Shown: piece by piece, positions 9,853 to 18,314 of the stretch
Numbering within the stretch: the stretch's first letter is position 1
How the letters are laid out: each line of letters begins with the position of its first letter
Origin: Phycisphaerales bacterium
GTDB taxonomy: Bacteria > Planctomycetota > Phycisphaerae > UBA1845 > PWPN01
Direction: 5' to 3'
DNA length: 47,352 nt
Assembly: GCA_012729595.1 (NCBI GenBank)
Contig: JAAYCU010000129.1
Coordinates: 1-47,352 of the forward strand
Notes under the pieces: generated by a model
What the model was told of the DNA's origin: nothing
Databases searched by the model: none
The model's input: the letters and a program-made list of their open reading frames with translations, nothing else
Translations under genes and position numbers: made by a program

Positions 9853-11283
9853 ATGAAAGCTAGCGAACTGTTAAGATTGGGTTTCCCGGACGGCCCGGTG
9901 ATCGCGATGGCCCGGGCGGCGGCCGGTACCGCGCGGATGGCGGGCAAGAGCCGGCACGAGGTCAAAAGCCTGCTCGGCTCGATCCTGGCCGACCCGCAAG
10001 CGTTCGTGAACGATCCGTTATTCGGTAAAGTAGCCACCTCCCTCGCCCAATCGGGCGCGGCCCGGCCGGCAAAGAGAAAGCACCGGGAATACGAGCTGGG
10101 CACGCTGGATTACGGGCGAGCCGAACCGCTGGACTACGCCGTCTGGGGCGAGGACATCGACCCGCAGGCCCATCAGCAGATGCGTAACGCCTGTGCTTTG
10201 CCGATCTCGGTGAAGGGGGCGTTGATGCCGGACGCGCACGTAGGCTACGGCCTGCCGATCGGCGGCGTACTGGCCACGAACAACGCGGTAATCCCCTACG
10301 CGGTCGGGGTGGACATCGCCTGCCGGATGATGATGACCGTGTTCGATCTGCCGCCGGAGCGGCTGAACGAGCAGTCCGACCGGTTCCGCAGGATACTGGA
10401 GGAGCAGACGCGGTTCGGCGTCGGCTCGGAGTGGAAGCCGCGCCGCCAGCATCCGGTGATGGACGAGGACTGGCGGATCACGCCGGTGACCGCCAGGCTC
10501 AAGGATCTGGCCTGGAGCCAGTTGGGTACCAGCGGGTCGGGCAACCATTTCGCCGAGTTCGGCGAATTCATGCTCGATAAGCCGCTGGGCCATCTGCCGC
10601 CGGGGCGCTACCTGGCCCTGCTCTCGCACAGTGGCAGCCGGGGCACGGGCAACAAAATCGCCACCCATTACAGCAAGTGGGCGATGAGCAAGCATCGCAA
10701 GATGCCGAGTTCACTGCGGCACCTGGCCTGGTTGGACCTGGACGAGGACGGGCGGGAGTACTGGGCGGCGATGGAGTTGATGGGCCGCTACGCGTCGGCC
10801 AACCATCATATCATTCATCGGCAGGTGGTGGCCGCCGTGGGAGAGCCGCCCGCGTTGCAGGTGGAGAACCATCACAATTTCGCCTGGAAAGAGCAGCACG
10901 ACGGGCGGGAAGTGATCGTACATCGCAAGGGGGCGACCCCGGCCGCCAGAGGCGTGCTGGGGATCATACCGGGTTCGATGGCCACCCCGGCTTTTCTGGT
11001 CGAGGGGCTGGGCGATCCGCGTTCGCTTTCGTCGGCCTCGCACGGCGCGGGCCGGCGTATGTCCCGCGGCGAGGCCTCGCGCACGTTCCGCTGGCCGCAG
11101 GTCAAGGCCTTTCTGGCCGAACGCGGTGTGCGCCTGCTGTCCGCCGGCCTCGACGAAGCCCCCTGGGCCTACAAGGACATCGAGGCCGTCATGGCCGCCC
11201 AGCACGACCTCGTTCACCCGCTGGCCCAATTCATGCCCCGTCTCGTCCGCATGTCCCGCTCCGGCGAACCGCCGGAGGATTGA
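9853..11283 (+). CDS. rtcB: RtcB family RNA ligase
   Basis: MPDAHVGYGLPIGG, VGVDIAC, QLGTSGSGNHF, HSGSRG, HHNF, HRKGAT, SHGAGR. Confidence 0.95.
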   Translation: MKASELLRLGFPDGPVIAMARAAAGTARMAGKSRHEVKSLLGSILADPQAFVNDPLFGKVATSLAQSGAARPAKRKHREYELGTLDYGRAEPLDYAVWGEDIDPQAHQQMRNACALPISVKGALMPDAHVGYGLPIGGVLATNNAVIPYAVGVDIACRMMMTVFDLPPERLNEQSDRFRRILEEQTRFGVGSEWKPRRQHPVMDEDWRITPVTARLKDLAWSQLGTSGSGNHFAEFGEFMLDKPLGHLPPGRYLALLSHSGSRGTGNKIATHYSKWAMSKHRKMPSSLRHLAWLDLDEDGREYWAAMELMGRYASANHHIIHRQVVAAVGEPPALQVENHHNFAWKEQHDGREVIVHRKGATPAARGVLGIIPGSMATPAFLVEGLGDPRSLSSASHGAGRRMSRGEASRTFRWPQVKAFLAERGVRLLSAGLDEAPWAYKDIEAVMAAQHDLVHPLAQFMPRLVRMSRSGEPPED

Positions 11284-11352
11284 GCTTACGATTGGCTATC
11301 GAAACCCGTTGCGTGAGTCATCCTCGCCCCGGTCTAACCCGGATAGGGGAAC

Positions 11353-11390
11353 TGACAGAGTGACAGAGCGATAGCGTGACAGAGAGACGA
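11353..11390 (+). repeat. Short tandem octamer repeat (TGACAGAG-like)
   Basis: tgacagag-tgacagag-cgatagcg-tgacagag-agacga, read directly. Confidence 0.6.
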
Positions 11391-11517
11391 TCGCGATGCT
11401 CCTCTGCCCATTCCGCTGCATTGGGCAACGGGCGTTTCGCGTGGTATGCTTGATTAGCGGCGATGCGGGTCGAGGACCGCGTTTTCAGGAGGCCGTGCAA
11501 GAACAGGCGGGTCAATC

Positions 11518-12339
11518 ATGAGCGGGCACCTACTCATTTCCACTTCCTGCGGGTTAGGGTTCACTATCGCCGCCGTCGGGGCCTGGCTGCGACTGGGACG
11601 ACCGTCGCGCCGGCCGGTGGTGCCGGTCAATTTTCTCGCCATCCTGGTCACGCTGCTGACCGTCGCCTACCTGCTGAATTCATCGCTGCGCAACGGGCTG
11701 TTCGAAACATTTCAGAACGAGCACGGCTCGGCCCTGGTGTTGGCCTTGTTGCTCGCCCTGGTGGGCATCGGCACCCATCGCTCGGCTTCCCTGCGCGGGC
11801 TCGACGTTTTTTTGTTCGGCTTGGCCGCGATTGTCGGTTGGGTCTCGCTCGGGTTGCGTCCGCAAACGGCCGGCGGGGTCATGCAACATAGCTGGTTCGT
11901 AAGCCATGTACTGGCCTTGGCCATCTCCCTGGCCTGCTTCGCGATCAGTGCCTCGGCCGGGGCGGCTTATCTGTTGATTCACCGTCTCCTGCGGCATAAA
12001 CAGCCTTCGGTGTTGCTCGGCCGGATGGCCTCGCTGGAAGCCCTCGAACGGTTCGGCCGCTGGTCGCTGCTGATCGGGTTTCCGATGTTTACCTACGGCC
12101 TGCTCACCGGTATATGCGGTTTGGCCCACCGCGTCGCCCCCGGCGAAACGCTATCGGTGACCGATCCCATGGTCGCGTATTCGCTGGCGGCCTTCGTCCT
12201 TTACGCGGCGATGGTTGGTTGCGTTTGGTTCGTCCCGCGGATTCGCGGTCGGCTGGCCGCCGCTTTGGCCATCGTCGGCGTTGCCGCGATTCTGGCGGGT
12301 TTTGTCCTGGTCGAATTAGTGGCGTCCGTGCATCGATGA
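11518..12339 (+). CDS. ccsA: Cytochrome c assembly protein (CcsA/HemX-like)
   Basis: About 8 TM segments, WFVSHVL, SLEALER and GFPMFTYGLLTG. ATGA overlap with hemA. Confidence 0.75.
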   Translation: MSGHLLISTSCGLGFTIAAVGAWLRLGRPSRRPVVPVNFLAILVTLLTVAYLLNSSLRNGLFETFQNEHGSALVLALLLALVGIGTHRSASLRGLDVFLFGLAAIVGWVSLGLRPQTAGGVMQHSWFVSHVLALAISLACFAISASAGAAYLLIHRLLRHKQPSVLLGRMASLEALERFGRWSLLIGFPMFTYGLLTGICGLAHRVAPGETLSVTDPMVAYSLAAFVLYAAMVGCVWFVPRIRGRLAAALAIVGVAAILAGFVLVELVASVHR

Positions 12340-13631
12340 GAACGCTGGTTATAGGTTGTAATCACCGCACCGCTCCCGTCGAGCTGCGCGAGAAGATCGC
12401 CTTCGACGATGGGGCCGGCGTCCGGGCCTTGGCCCGCTTTCGCGAGCGGTTCGGCTCGGCCGAGGCCGTCCTGCTTTCCACCTGCAACCGCGTCGAGTTG
12501 TACATCGCCCGACCCGTGGGCGACTCGCCGAGTATCGCCGAGGCCATCGCGTTCCTGGCCGATTGTCACGCCCTCGCCCCGGCGCGGATCAGCGCCAATC
12601 TCTACAGCTACGAAGATGTCGAGGCCGTCCGGCATTTGTTTCGGGTGGCCGGCTCGCTCGATTCGATGGTCCTGGGCGAGTCCCAGATTCTGGCCCAGAC
12701 CCGCGCGGCCTTTGATCTGGCCCGCGCCGCCGGAACGGTCGGCCCGCGCCTCGAAGGGTTGTTTCAGCAGGCGTTGGCGGTCGCCAAGGAGCTGCACTCC
12801 CGCACCGAGCTGGCCGTCGGTCGGCTCAGCGTGGGCAGCACGGCCGTCGATCTCGCCCGCCAGGTGTTTTCCCGCTTCGACGACAAGTGCGTGCTGATGA
12901 TCGGAGCGGGCATGATCGGCAAGCTCACTCTCCATCATCTGCTGGACATGCACCCCGGGCGTCTGCTGCTGGTCAATAGGACCGAGTCCCGTTCGGCCGA
13001 ACTGGCCCAAAGGCTGCGTTTGCGGCATGTTGGGCTGATCGAGGTCGTACCCTTTGATGCCCTGATCGATGCGGTGGTCGAGGCGGACATCGTCATAAGT
13101 TGCACCGGGGCGAGCGCGCCGATTCTGACGGCCGATAATTTCGCCGGTATCCCCGCCCGGCGGAGGTATCGTTCGCTCCTGCTGATCGACATCGCCGTTC
13201 CCCGGGACATCGAGCCTTCCGTCGGCGAACAGGACAGCGTTTTTCTTTACAACATCGACGACTTGCAGGCCGTGACCGAATCCAACCTCGCCCGCCGGCG
13301 GCAGGCGGTCGAGCAGTGCCACGCCATCATCGAAAGCCACGTGATCGAATTTGTCGAGCGGCGTGGCCGGGCGGACATTGGACCCCTGGCGGCCGCCCTC
13401 CACGAGCATTTCCGCCGCGTCGGCCGCGACGAATGGGAGCGCATTTTGCCCAAGCTCGAATCCGCCTCTCCCCACGATCGCGAATTGATCGAGCAGATGC
13501 TCCACCGCATCGTCCAGAAACTCCTCCACGACCCGCTCGACCGCCTCCACGACCGCGCCGATCAGGGCGCCGCCTTCACCCAGGCCGAAACCCTCCGGGC
13601 CCTGTTCAACCTCAACGACCGCGACGAGTAA
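12336..13631 (+). CDS. hemA: Glutamyl-tRNA reductase
   Basis: GCNHRTAPVELRE, LSTCNRVE, SLDSMVLGESQILAQ, IGAG, IDIAVPRDI. True start is the ATG at 12336, not 12114. Confidence 0.96.
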   Translation: MRTLVIGCNHRTAPVELREKIAFDDGAGVRALARFRERFGSAEAVLLSTCNRVELYIARPVGDSPSIAEAIAFLADCHALAPARISANLYSYEDVEAVRHLFRVAGSLDSMVLGESQILAQTRAAFDLARAAGTVGPRLEGLFQQALAVAKELHSRTELAVGRLSVGSTAVDLARQVFSRFDDKCVLMIGAGMIGKLTLHHLLDMHPGRLLLVNRTESRSAELAQRLRLRHVGLIEVVPFDALIDAVVEADIVISCTGASAPILTADNFAGIPARRRYRSLLLIDIAVPRDIEPSVGEQDSVFLYNIDDLQAVTESNLARRRQAVEQCHAIIESHVIEFVERRGRADIGPLAAALHEHFRRVGRDEWERILPKLESASPHDRELIEQMLHRIVQKLLHDPLDRLHDRADQGAAFTQAETLRALFNLNDRDE

Positions 13632-13641
13632 CACGAAGCCA

Positions 13642-13752
13642 CCAGCCCGAAGCAGTTTACCCGATGTGGCGGGCAAGCGAGGGGTTTACTTGCCAGCCCG
13701 CAGCGTTTACCTCGCTCGCCACGGTATTTCAACCCTGAGGCTCTCGACGGGC
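13642..13752. repeat. Cluster of degenerate REP-like motifs downstream of hemA
   Basis: Direct repeat ccagcccgaagcagtttacc (13642) / ccagcccgcagcgtttacc (13693); inverted gcaagcgagg / cctcgctcgc; ccctgaggctctcgacggg. Confidence 0.5.
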
Positions 13753-13825
13753 GGGCCTCGGCGGGCCGTGTCGGGCCCGCGAGAGTTCTTCTCTCTTCAC
13801 CAGCGCGGACGACGGAGGGGCAAAC

Positions 13826-13873
13826 AGACGGAGCGACGGCGGGATAGAGGTAACGAGCTACCGAGCGATAGAG
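13826..13873 (+). repeat. Degenerate tandem octamer repeat, six units
   Basis: agacggag-cgacggcg-ggatagag-gtaacgag-ctaccgag-cgatagag; same family as 11353-11390. Confidence 0.5.
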
Positions 13874-13981
13874 CGCACCGCCTGGCATCCGCGTGCCCCA
13901 CCTCGTTCCGACGTGGGGGAAGCGATGATCGGCTGGCCGTGCGAATCAGGGGCGGATTGAGCGAAACTATCGCGGACAAGT

Positions 13982-13999
13982 AACCTCCTTAAGGAGGTT
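13982..13999. other. Perfect 18-bp palindrome AACCTCCTTAAGGAGGTT
   Basis: Read directly from the sequence. Confidence 0.85.
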
Positions 14000-14009
14000 T
14001 CCCCGCCAC

Positions 14010-14381
14010 GGGCTGATAGGCCGGCCGTTAGTACGTGTTTCGCGACCATGCAAACCCTGCTGGCATGTCCCATCAGAACCCCAAGCGCAAGCGCGGGGCC
14101 GAAGGAGGGAGGTTTTCGGCGTTCGTTGAGACACACGTTACCGGCCCACTCGCTCCCGCTCGGGGTTCAGATGGGGCACGCCCTCGGGCGTGTGTGTCGC
14201 TGAACACATACGGCCGTTCTACGGCCGGTCGGCCTCGGCGCCCATGAATCCCCCTCTCGCCGTCATCCCCGCCAGTTTTCAACGGGCTTCTCCCCCGGTC
14301 GATAAGCCCGTTGGAAACGGGCTCAACAACATTCGCATACGCCCAACCGAACCAGTCGTACAACGACTGGCCTATCAGCCC
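14010..14381. repeat. REPIN-like unit: two inverted ATAG-footed REP hairpins with an internal palindrome
   Basis: Left arm gggctgATAGGCCGGCCGT...(insert)...TCTACGGCCGG; right arm CCAGTCGTACAACGACTGGCCTATcagccc (14352-14381); internal aacgggctt (14281) / aagcccgtt (14304). Confidence 0.75.
14031..14211. mobile_element. Putative 181-bp MITE inserted in a REP loop
   Basis: Imperfect TIRs gtacgtgtttcgc / gctgaacacatac (10/13). Flanks ggccgtta (14023-14030) / ggccgttc (14212-14219) look like a TSD. Long internal hairpin. Second partial copy at 37841-37974. Confidence 0.65.
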
Positions 14382-14569
14382 TTCGGAAATGACCGCTGAA
14401 GCGGCCTTGCAGTTTTGCCCCGCTGCCAACCGAAACAAAACGGCGCAAGTGGTGCCACCTTGAGAACCATGACCCCATATCCGGTTTCCGGCATCCACCA
14501 ACTTTTGAAATCCGACCACATTACCGTTATCCTGCCGACGTTTGCATTATCGGTAAAAGGGGCGAATGA

Positions 14570-17500
14570 ATGGCGAGACGGAATACAACGGGTCCGGCGG
14601 CCGCGGAAACAACGAGCGCGGCTTTCGCGCGGTCTGTTACCGAAGCCTATCTGTCGGAATTGCACAACATACGGTCAACGGGTGCCGGAGTGCCGGAAAT
14701 CCCGTATTACCCCGCCCTGGCGAATCTGTTCAACGCCGTGGGCAAGACGCTGAAACCGAAGGTCCGCTGCATCATCAGTATCCAGAACCAAGGGGCGGGT
14801 ATACCGGATGGTGGCCTGTTTACGGCCGACCAGTTTCAGAAACAGGCCGATTCAACTCCCGCGAGAGGCCAGCTTCCCTCACGAGGGGCGATGGAAGTCA
14901 AAGGCACCCGTGAGGACGTTGCCCGAATCGCTCAAACCGAGCAAGTCAAAAAGTACCTCGAACGATACGGCATCGTCATCGTGACCAATCTGCGGGATTT
15001 CCTGATTGTCGAGCGTGGCCCCGCGCAACAGCCCGTGGTGGCGAGGGAATTGTTTTCCCTGGCCGACGACGAGGAGGATTTCTGGCGAAACAAGGCCGCC
15101 CACCCCCGAGCCACCGCCCAACAATGCGGCGAGCGGTTCATCGAGTTCATCAAGCGGGCCTGCCTGCATAATGCGCCATTAACGAACCCGAAAGACGTTG
15201 CCTGGTTTCTGGCCTCGTATGCCCGCGACGCCCTGGCCCGGGTCGAGGGCCATAGGCAGCTTCCCGCCCTGCAAGGGGTCCGCACGGCCCTGGAACAGGC
15301 GTTGGGTATGAGATTCACCGAGGAGAAGGGGGAGCACTTTTTCCGGTCCAGTCTCGTGCAGACGATTTTCTATGGGGTCTTTTCCGCCTGGGTGCTCTGG
15401 CATCGGGAGAACCCCGGCCCGCGTGCGCGCTTCGATTGGCGAAACGCGGCCTGGACGTTGCACGTCCCCTTCATTCGCACGATATACGAGGAACTCGCCA
15501 AACCAAGCCGGCTCGGCCCTCTGAATCTGGTGGAGGTCTTGGAATGGGTGGCCGGCGTCTTGAATCGCGTGGACCGGGCGGAGTTTTTCGGAAGGTTTCA
15601 GGAGGAGCACGCCGTCCAGTATTTCTATGAACCGTTCCTGGAGGCCTACGACCCGGATTTGCGCAAGGAAATGGGGGTCTGGTTCACCCCGCCGGAAATC
15701 GTGAAATATCAGGTGGCCCGCGTCGATACCGTGTTGCGCGAGGAATTGGAACTGCCCGACGGCCTGGCGGATCCGAACGTCATCATACTGGATCTGTGTT
15801 GCGGGACTGGGGCGTATCTGGTCGAGGTCATCCATCGTATCGCCGAGACGCTCCGCGACAAAGGGGGCGACGCCCTGCTGGCCTCGGACCTGAAGAAAGC
15901 CGCGATGGAGCGGGTATTCGGTTTCGAGATTCTGCCCGCGCCCTTCGTGGTGTCGCACCTCCAACTCGGCCTGATGCTTCAGACGCAGGGGACTCCGCTG
16001 TCGCATCAGGAAGGCGAGCGGGTCGGAGTCTATCTGACCAATGCCCTGACCGGCTGGGAACCGCCGAGAGGGGTGAAAGCCACCCTGCCTCTGTATCCCG
16101 AATTACAGGAGGAGCGGGACGCGGCCGAGGAAGTGAAACGCAAGAAAAAGATACTGGTTATTCTGGGCAACCCGCCATACAACGCCTTTGCCGGAGTCAG
16201 CCCGGAGGAGGAGCAGGGACTTGTAGAACTCTACAAGAAGGACTTGAACACGCCCGTACAGGCCGGCGGCTGGGGCATCAGGAAATTCAACCTGGATGAC
16301 CTGTATATCCGTTTCTTCCGCCTGGCCGAACGCCGTATCGCCGAGATGACCGGCAAGGGGGTGGTGTCGTTTATCTCCAACTTCTCCTATCTGGGAGACC
16401 CGTCATTCGTCGTGATGCGCCAGCGTTTTCTGGGCGAGTTCGATAAGCTCTGGTTGGACTGCATGAACGGTGACAGCCGCGAAACCGGCAAGCTCACCCC
16501 GGAAGGCCGTCCGGACCCGTCGGTATTCTCCACCGAATACAACCGAGAGGGCATCCGCGTAGGTACAGCCGTCTGTGTCATTGTCCGCAAAACAAAGCGG
16601 GAGAAGGCCCCGACTGTCCGGTTCCGTCATTTCTGGGGAGTGTCGAAAAGGGCCGACCTGCTTACGAGTCTGGACGCCAGGAATTTCGACAAGGCATACA
16701 CCCGGGCCACGCCCAGCCGTCAGAATCGCTATTCCTTTCGGCCGGAGGAGGTCGCGAAGCAATACCAGTTATGGCCTCTTGTTCCAGAACTTGGAATCGC
16801 ACACTTCAACGGTCCTGTTGAACGGCGTGCTGGTGCATTGATTTCCATAGATCCTCAACCACTTCTGGAGCGATTGCGTGCATACTTCAACAAGGAGGTT
16901 TCCAATTCGGAAGTGGCAGCCCATTATGCTTCACTCATGATGACGGGCAATCGTATTGTTGGCCCCGAGGCAAGAAAAAAGCTATTACGTGAGCATATTT
17001 TTGATTCATCATTTATCGTGCGGTATCCATTCAAGGTCTTCGATATACGATGGGCGTACTTGGCGAATATACGCCCGCTTTTCAGTGAGCCAAGCCCAGA
17101 CCTGCTGAAGCACGCAATGCTTGCTTCCAATCATTTTTTCATCACTCGCGATACCGCCGACAAGGCGAAAGAAGGACCACCATTTTACTTTGCTCCTATT
17201 GTTTGTGATTACGACTGCATATCCGGACATGCGCGTCATTTTCCGATTCTTTTAAAAGCGGATACGAACGGCGCGCCTGGCGAGAACGGTTTTTTCGACA
17301 ACGAGCAGCCTCACGTAAACTTATCCAAAGCTGCCCGCGCATATCTGGCCAAGCTCGGCATCAAGGATCCGGACAAGGATATGAAAACGGCGAGCCTGAT
17401 CTGGCTGCACGCGCTGGCGATCGGCTACAGCCCGGCGTATCTGACGGATAACACCGACGGCATCAGGCGGGACTGGCCGCGCATTCCGCTGCCCGATTCG

Positions 17501-18109
17501 CGCAAGGCCCTGGAAGCCTCGGCCGCCCTGGGCGAGAAGGTGGCGGCGCTGTTGGATACGGAAAAAGAGGTGCGGGGCGTTACCACGGGCCGAATCAGCC
17601 CGTTGTTCAGGACTATCGGGAATATCGCCAAGGTCGGGGGCGGGGCCATCAATCCCAGCAGCGATGATCTGGCGGTGACGGCCGGCTGGGGGTACGCGGG
17701 CAAGGAAGGCGTGACCATGCCGGGCAAGGGGCGGGGGGTAGTGCGGCCTTACGATGGTACCGAGAAGCGGGCCATCTCGGCAGCGGCGAAAGCGCGGAGG
17801 ATGCCCCTGCGTACAATCGTGGAGTTACTCAAGCCGGAAACGGCCGACGTGTATCTCAATGATGCCGTCTTCTGGCGGAACATTCCGGCCGAGGTTTGGA
17901 ACTTTCATATCGGCGGCTATCAGGTCATCAAGAAATGGCTGAGCTATCGCGAACGGAACCTGCTCGGCCGTAACCTGAAACCGGAGGAAGCCCGGGAAGT
18001 GACGGGTATAGCTCGCCGCATCGCGGCCCTTGTTCTCCTGCAACCGGATTTGGACGAGAATTACCGACGGGTCAAGGACTCGACTTATCCATGGACGGCC
18101 GTTAGCTGA
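14570..18109 (+). CDS. Single-chain restriction-modification enzyme: N6-adenine MTase with Type ISP-like C-terminal specificity region and putative N-terminal PD-(D/E)xK nuclease; no helicase
   Basis: YFYEPFLEAYDP, GVWFTPPEIV, motif I LDLCCGTGAY, motif IV ILGNPPY, N-terminal PDGGLF...EVKG, C-terminal DWPRIP and WNFHIGGYQVIKKWLSYR. Confidence 0.88.
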   Translation: MARRNTTGPAAAETTSAAFARSVTEAYLSELHNIRSTGAGVPEIPYYPALANLFNAVGKTLKPKVRCIISIQNQGAGIPDGGLFTADQFQKQADSTPARGQLPSRGAMEVKGTREDVARIAQTEQVKKYLERYGIVIVTNLRDFLIVERGPAQQPVVARELFSLADDEEDFWRNKAAHPRATAQQCGERFIEFIKRACLHNAPLTNPKDVAWFLASYARDALARVEGHRQLPALQGVRTALEQALGMRFTEEKGEHFFRSSLVQTIFYGVFSAWVLWHRENPGPRARFDWRNAAWTLHVPFIRTIYEELAKPSRLGPLNLVEVLEWVAGVLNRVDRAEFFGRFQEEHAVQYFYEPFLEAYDPDLRKEMGVWFTPPEIVKYQVARVDTVLREELELPDGLADPNVIILDLCCGTGAYLVEVIHRIAETLRDKGGDALLASDLKKAAMERVFGFEILPAPFVVSHLQLGLMLQTQGTPLSHQEGERVGVYLTNALTGWEPPRGVKATLPLYPELQEERDAAEEVKRKKKILVILGNPPYNAFAGVSPEEEQGLVELYKKDLNTPVQAGGWGIRKFNLDDLYIRFFRLAERRIAEMTGKGVVSFISNFSYLGDPSFVVMRQRFLGEFDKLWLDCMNGDSRETGKLTPEGRPDPSVFSTEYNREGIRVGTAVCVIVRKTKREKAPTVRFRHFWGVSKRADLLTSLDARNFDKAYTRATPSRQNRYSFRPEEVAKQYQLWPLVPELGIAHFNGPVERRAGALISIDPQPLLERLRAYFNKEVSNSEVAAHYASLMMTGNRIVGPEARKKLLREHIFDSSFIVRYPFKVFDIRWAYLANIRPLFSEPSPDLLKHAMLASNHFFITRDTADKAKEGPPFYFAPIVCDYDCISGHARHFPILLKADTNGAPGENGFFDNEQPHVNLSKAARAYLAKLGIKDPDKDMKTASLIWLHALAIGYSPAYLTDNTDGIRRDWPRIPLPDSRKALEASAALGEKVAALLDTEKEVRGVTTGRISPLFRTIGNIAKVGGGAINPSSDDLAVTAGWGYAGKEGVTMPGKGRGVVRPYDGTEKRAISAAAKARRMPLRTIVELLKPETADVYLNDAVFWRNIPAEVWNFHIGGYQVIKKWLSYRERNLLGRNLKPEEAREVTGIARRIAALVLLQPDLDENYRRVKDSTYPWTAVS

Positions 18110-18186
18110 GGGAATGACGGCGATGCGGGGTACGTTCCGCTCCTTACCATTGTGATTCGCCGAATATTCGCGAAAGGACAGGCCCT

Positions 18187-18314
18187 AAAACGGGCTCGAG
18201 GTTTGTCGAGGGAATGGGATACCTTGCCTTGGACCAGCCGTAGAACGACTGGCCTATGAACCCTTCGGAGAAGACCGGTAAACCGGCCTTTGCGATTTGT
18301 GCCCACCGCCGACC
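18187..18314. repeat. Half-REPIN; imperfect direct repeat of about 14315-14431
   Basis: aaacgggctc ... CCAGCCGTAGAACGACTGGCCTAT (18234-18257) ... cccttcgga..gaccg, colinear with the copy upstream of the RM gene. Confidence 0.75.

Noticed and set aside
12114-12335. N-terminal extension of hemA
   Set aside because: Overlaps ccsA in another frame. The ATGA-coupled start at 12336 fits the family.
12201-13676. 491 aa antisense ORF, and similar long antisense ORFs over rnfC, rtcB, the RM gene and dsbD
   Set aside because: Shadow frames expected in high-GC coding DNA; no motifs.
13632-14569. CRISPR array or tRNA in the repeat-rich intergenic region
   Set aside because: No regularly spaced identical repeats with unique spacers and no cloverleaf. 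None was seen elsewhere in the window either.
14073-14665. Short ORFs with similar peptides on both sides of the RM gene (RLAYxPFGxDR; SEGxIGQSxYxW), and an FGWQRG resembling a Y1 transposase
   Set aside because: The similarity is explained by the DNA-level REP repeat. No HUH motif or catalytic Tyr context was found.
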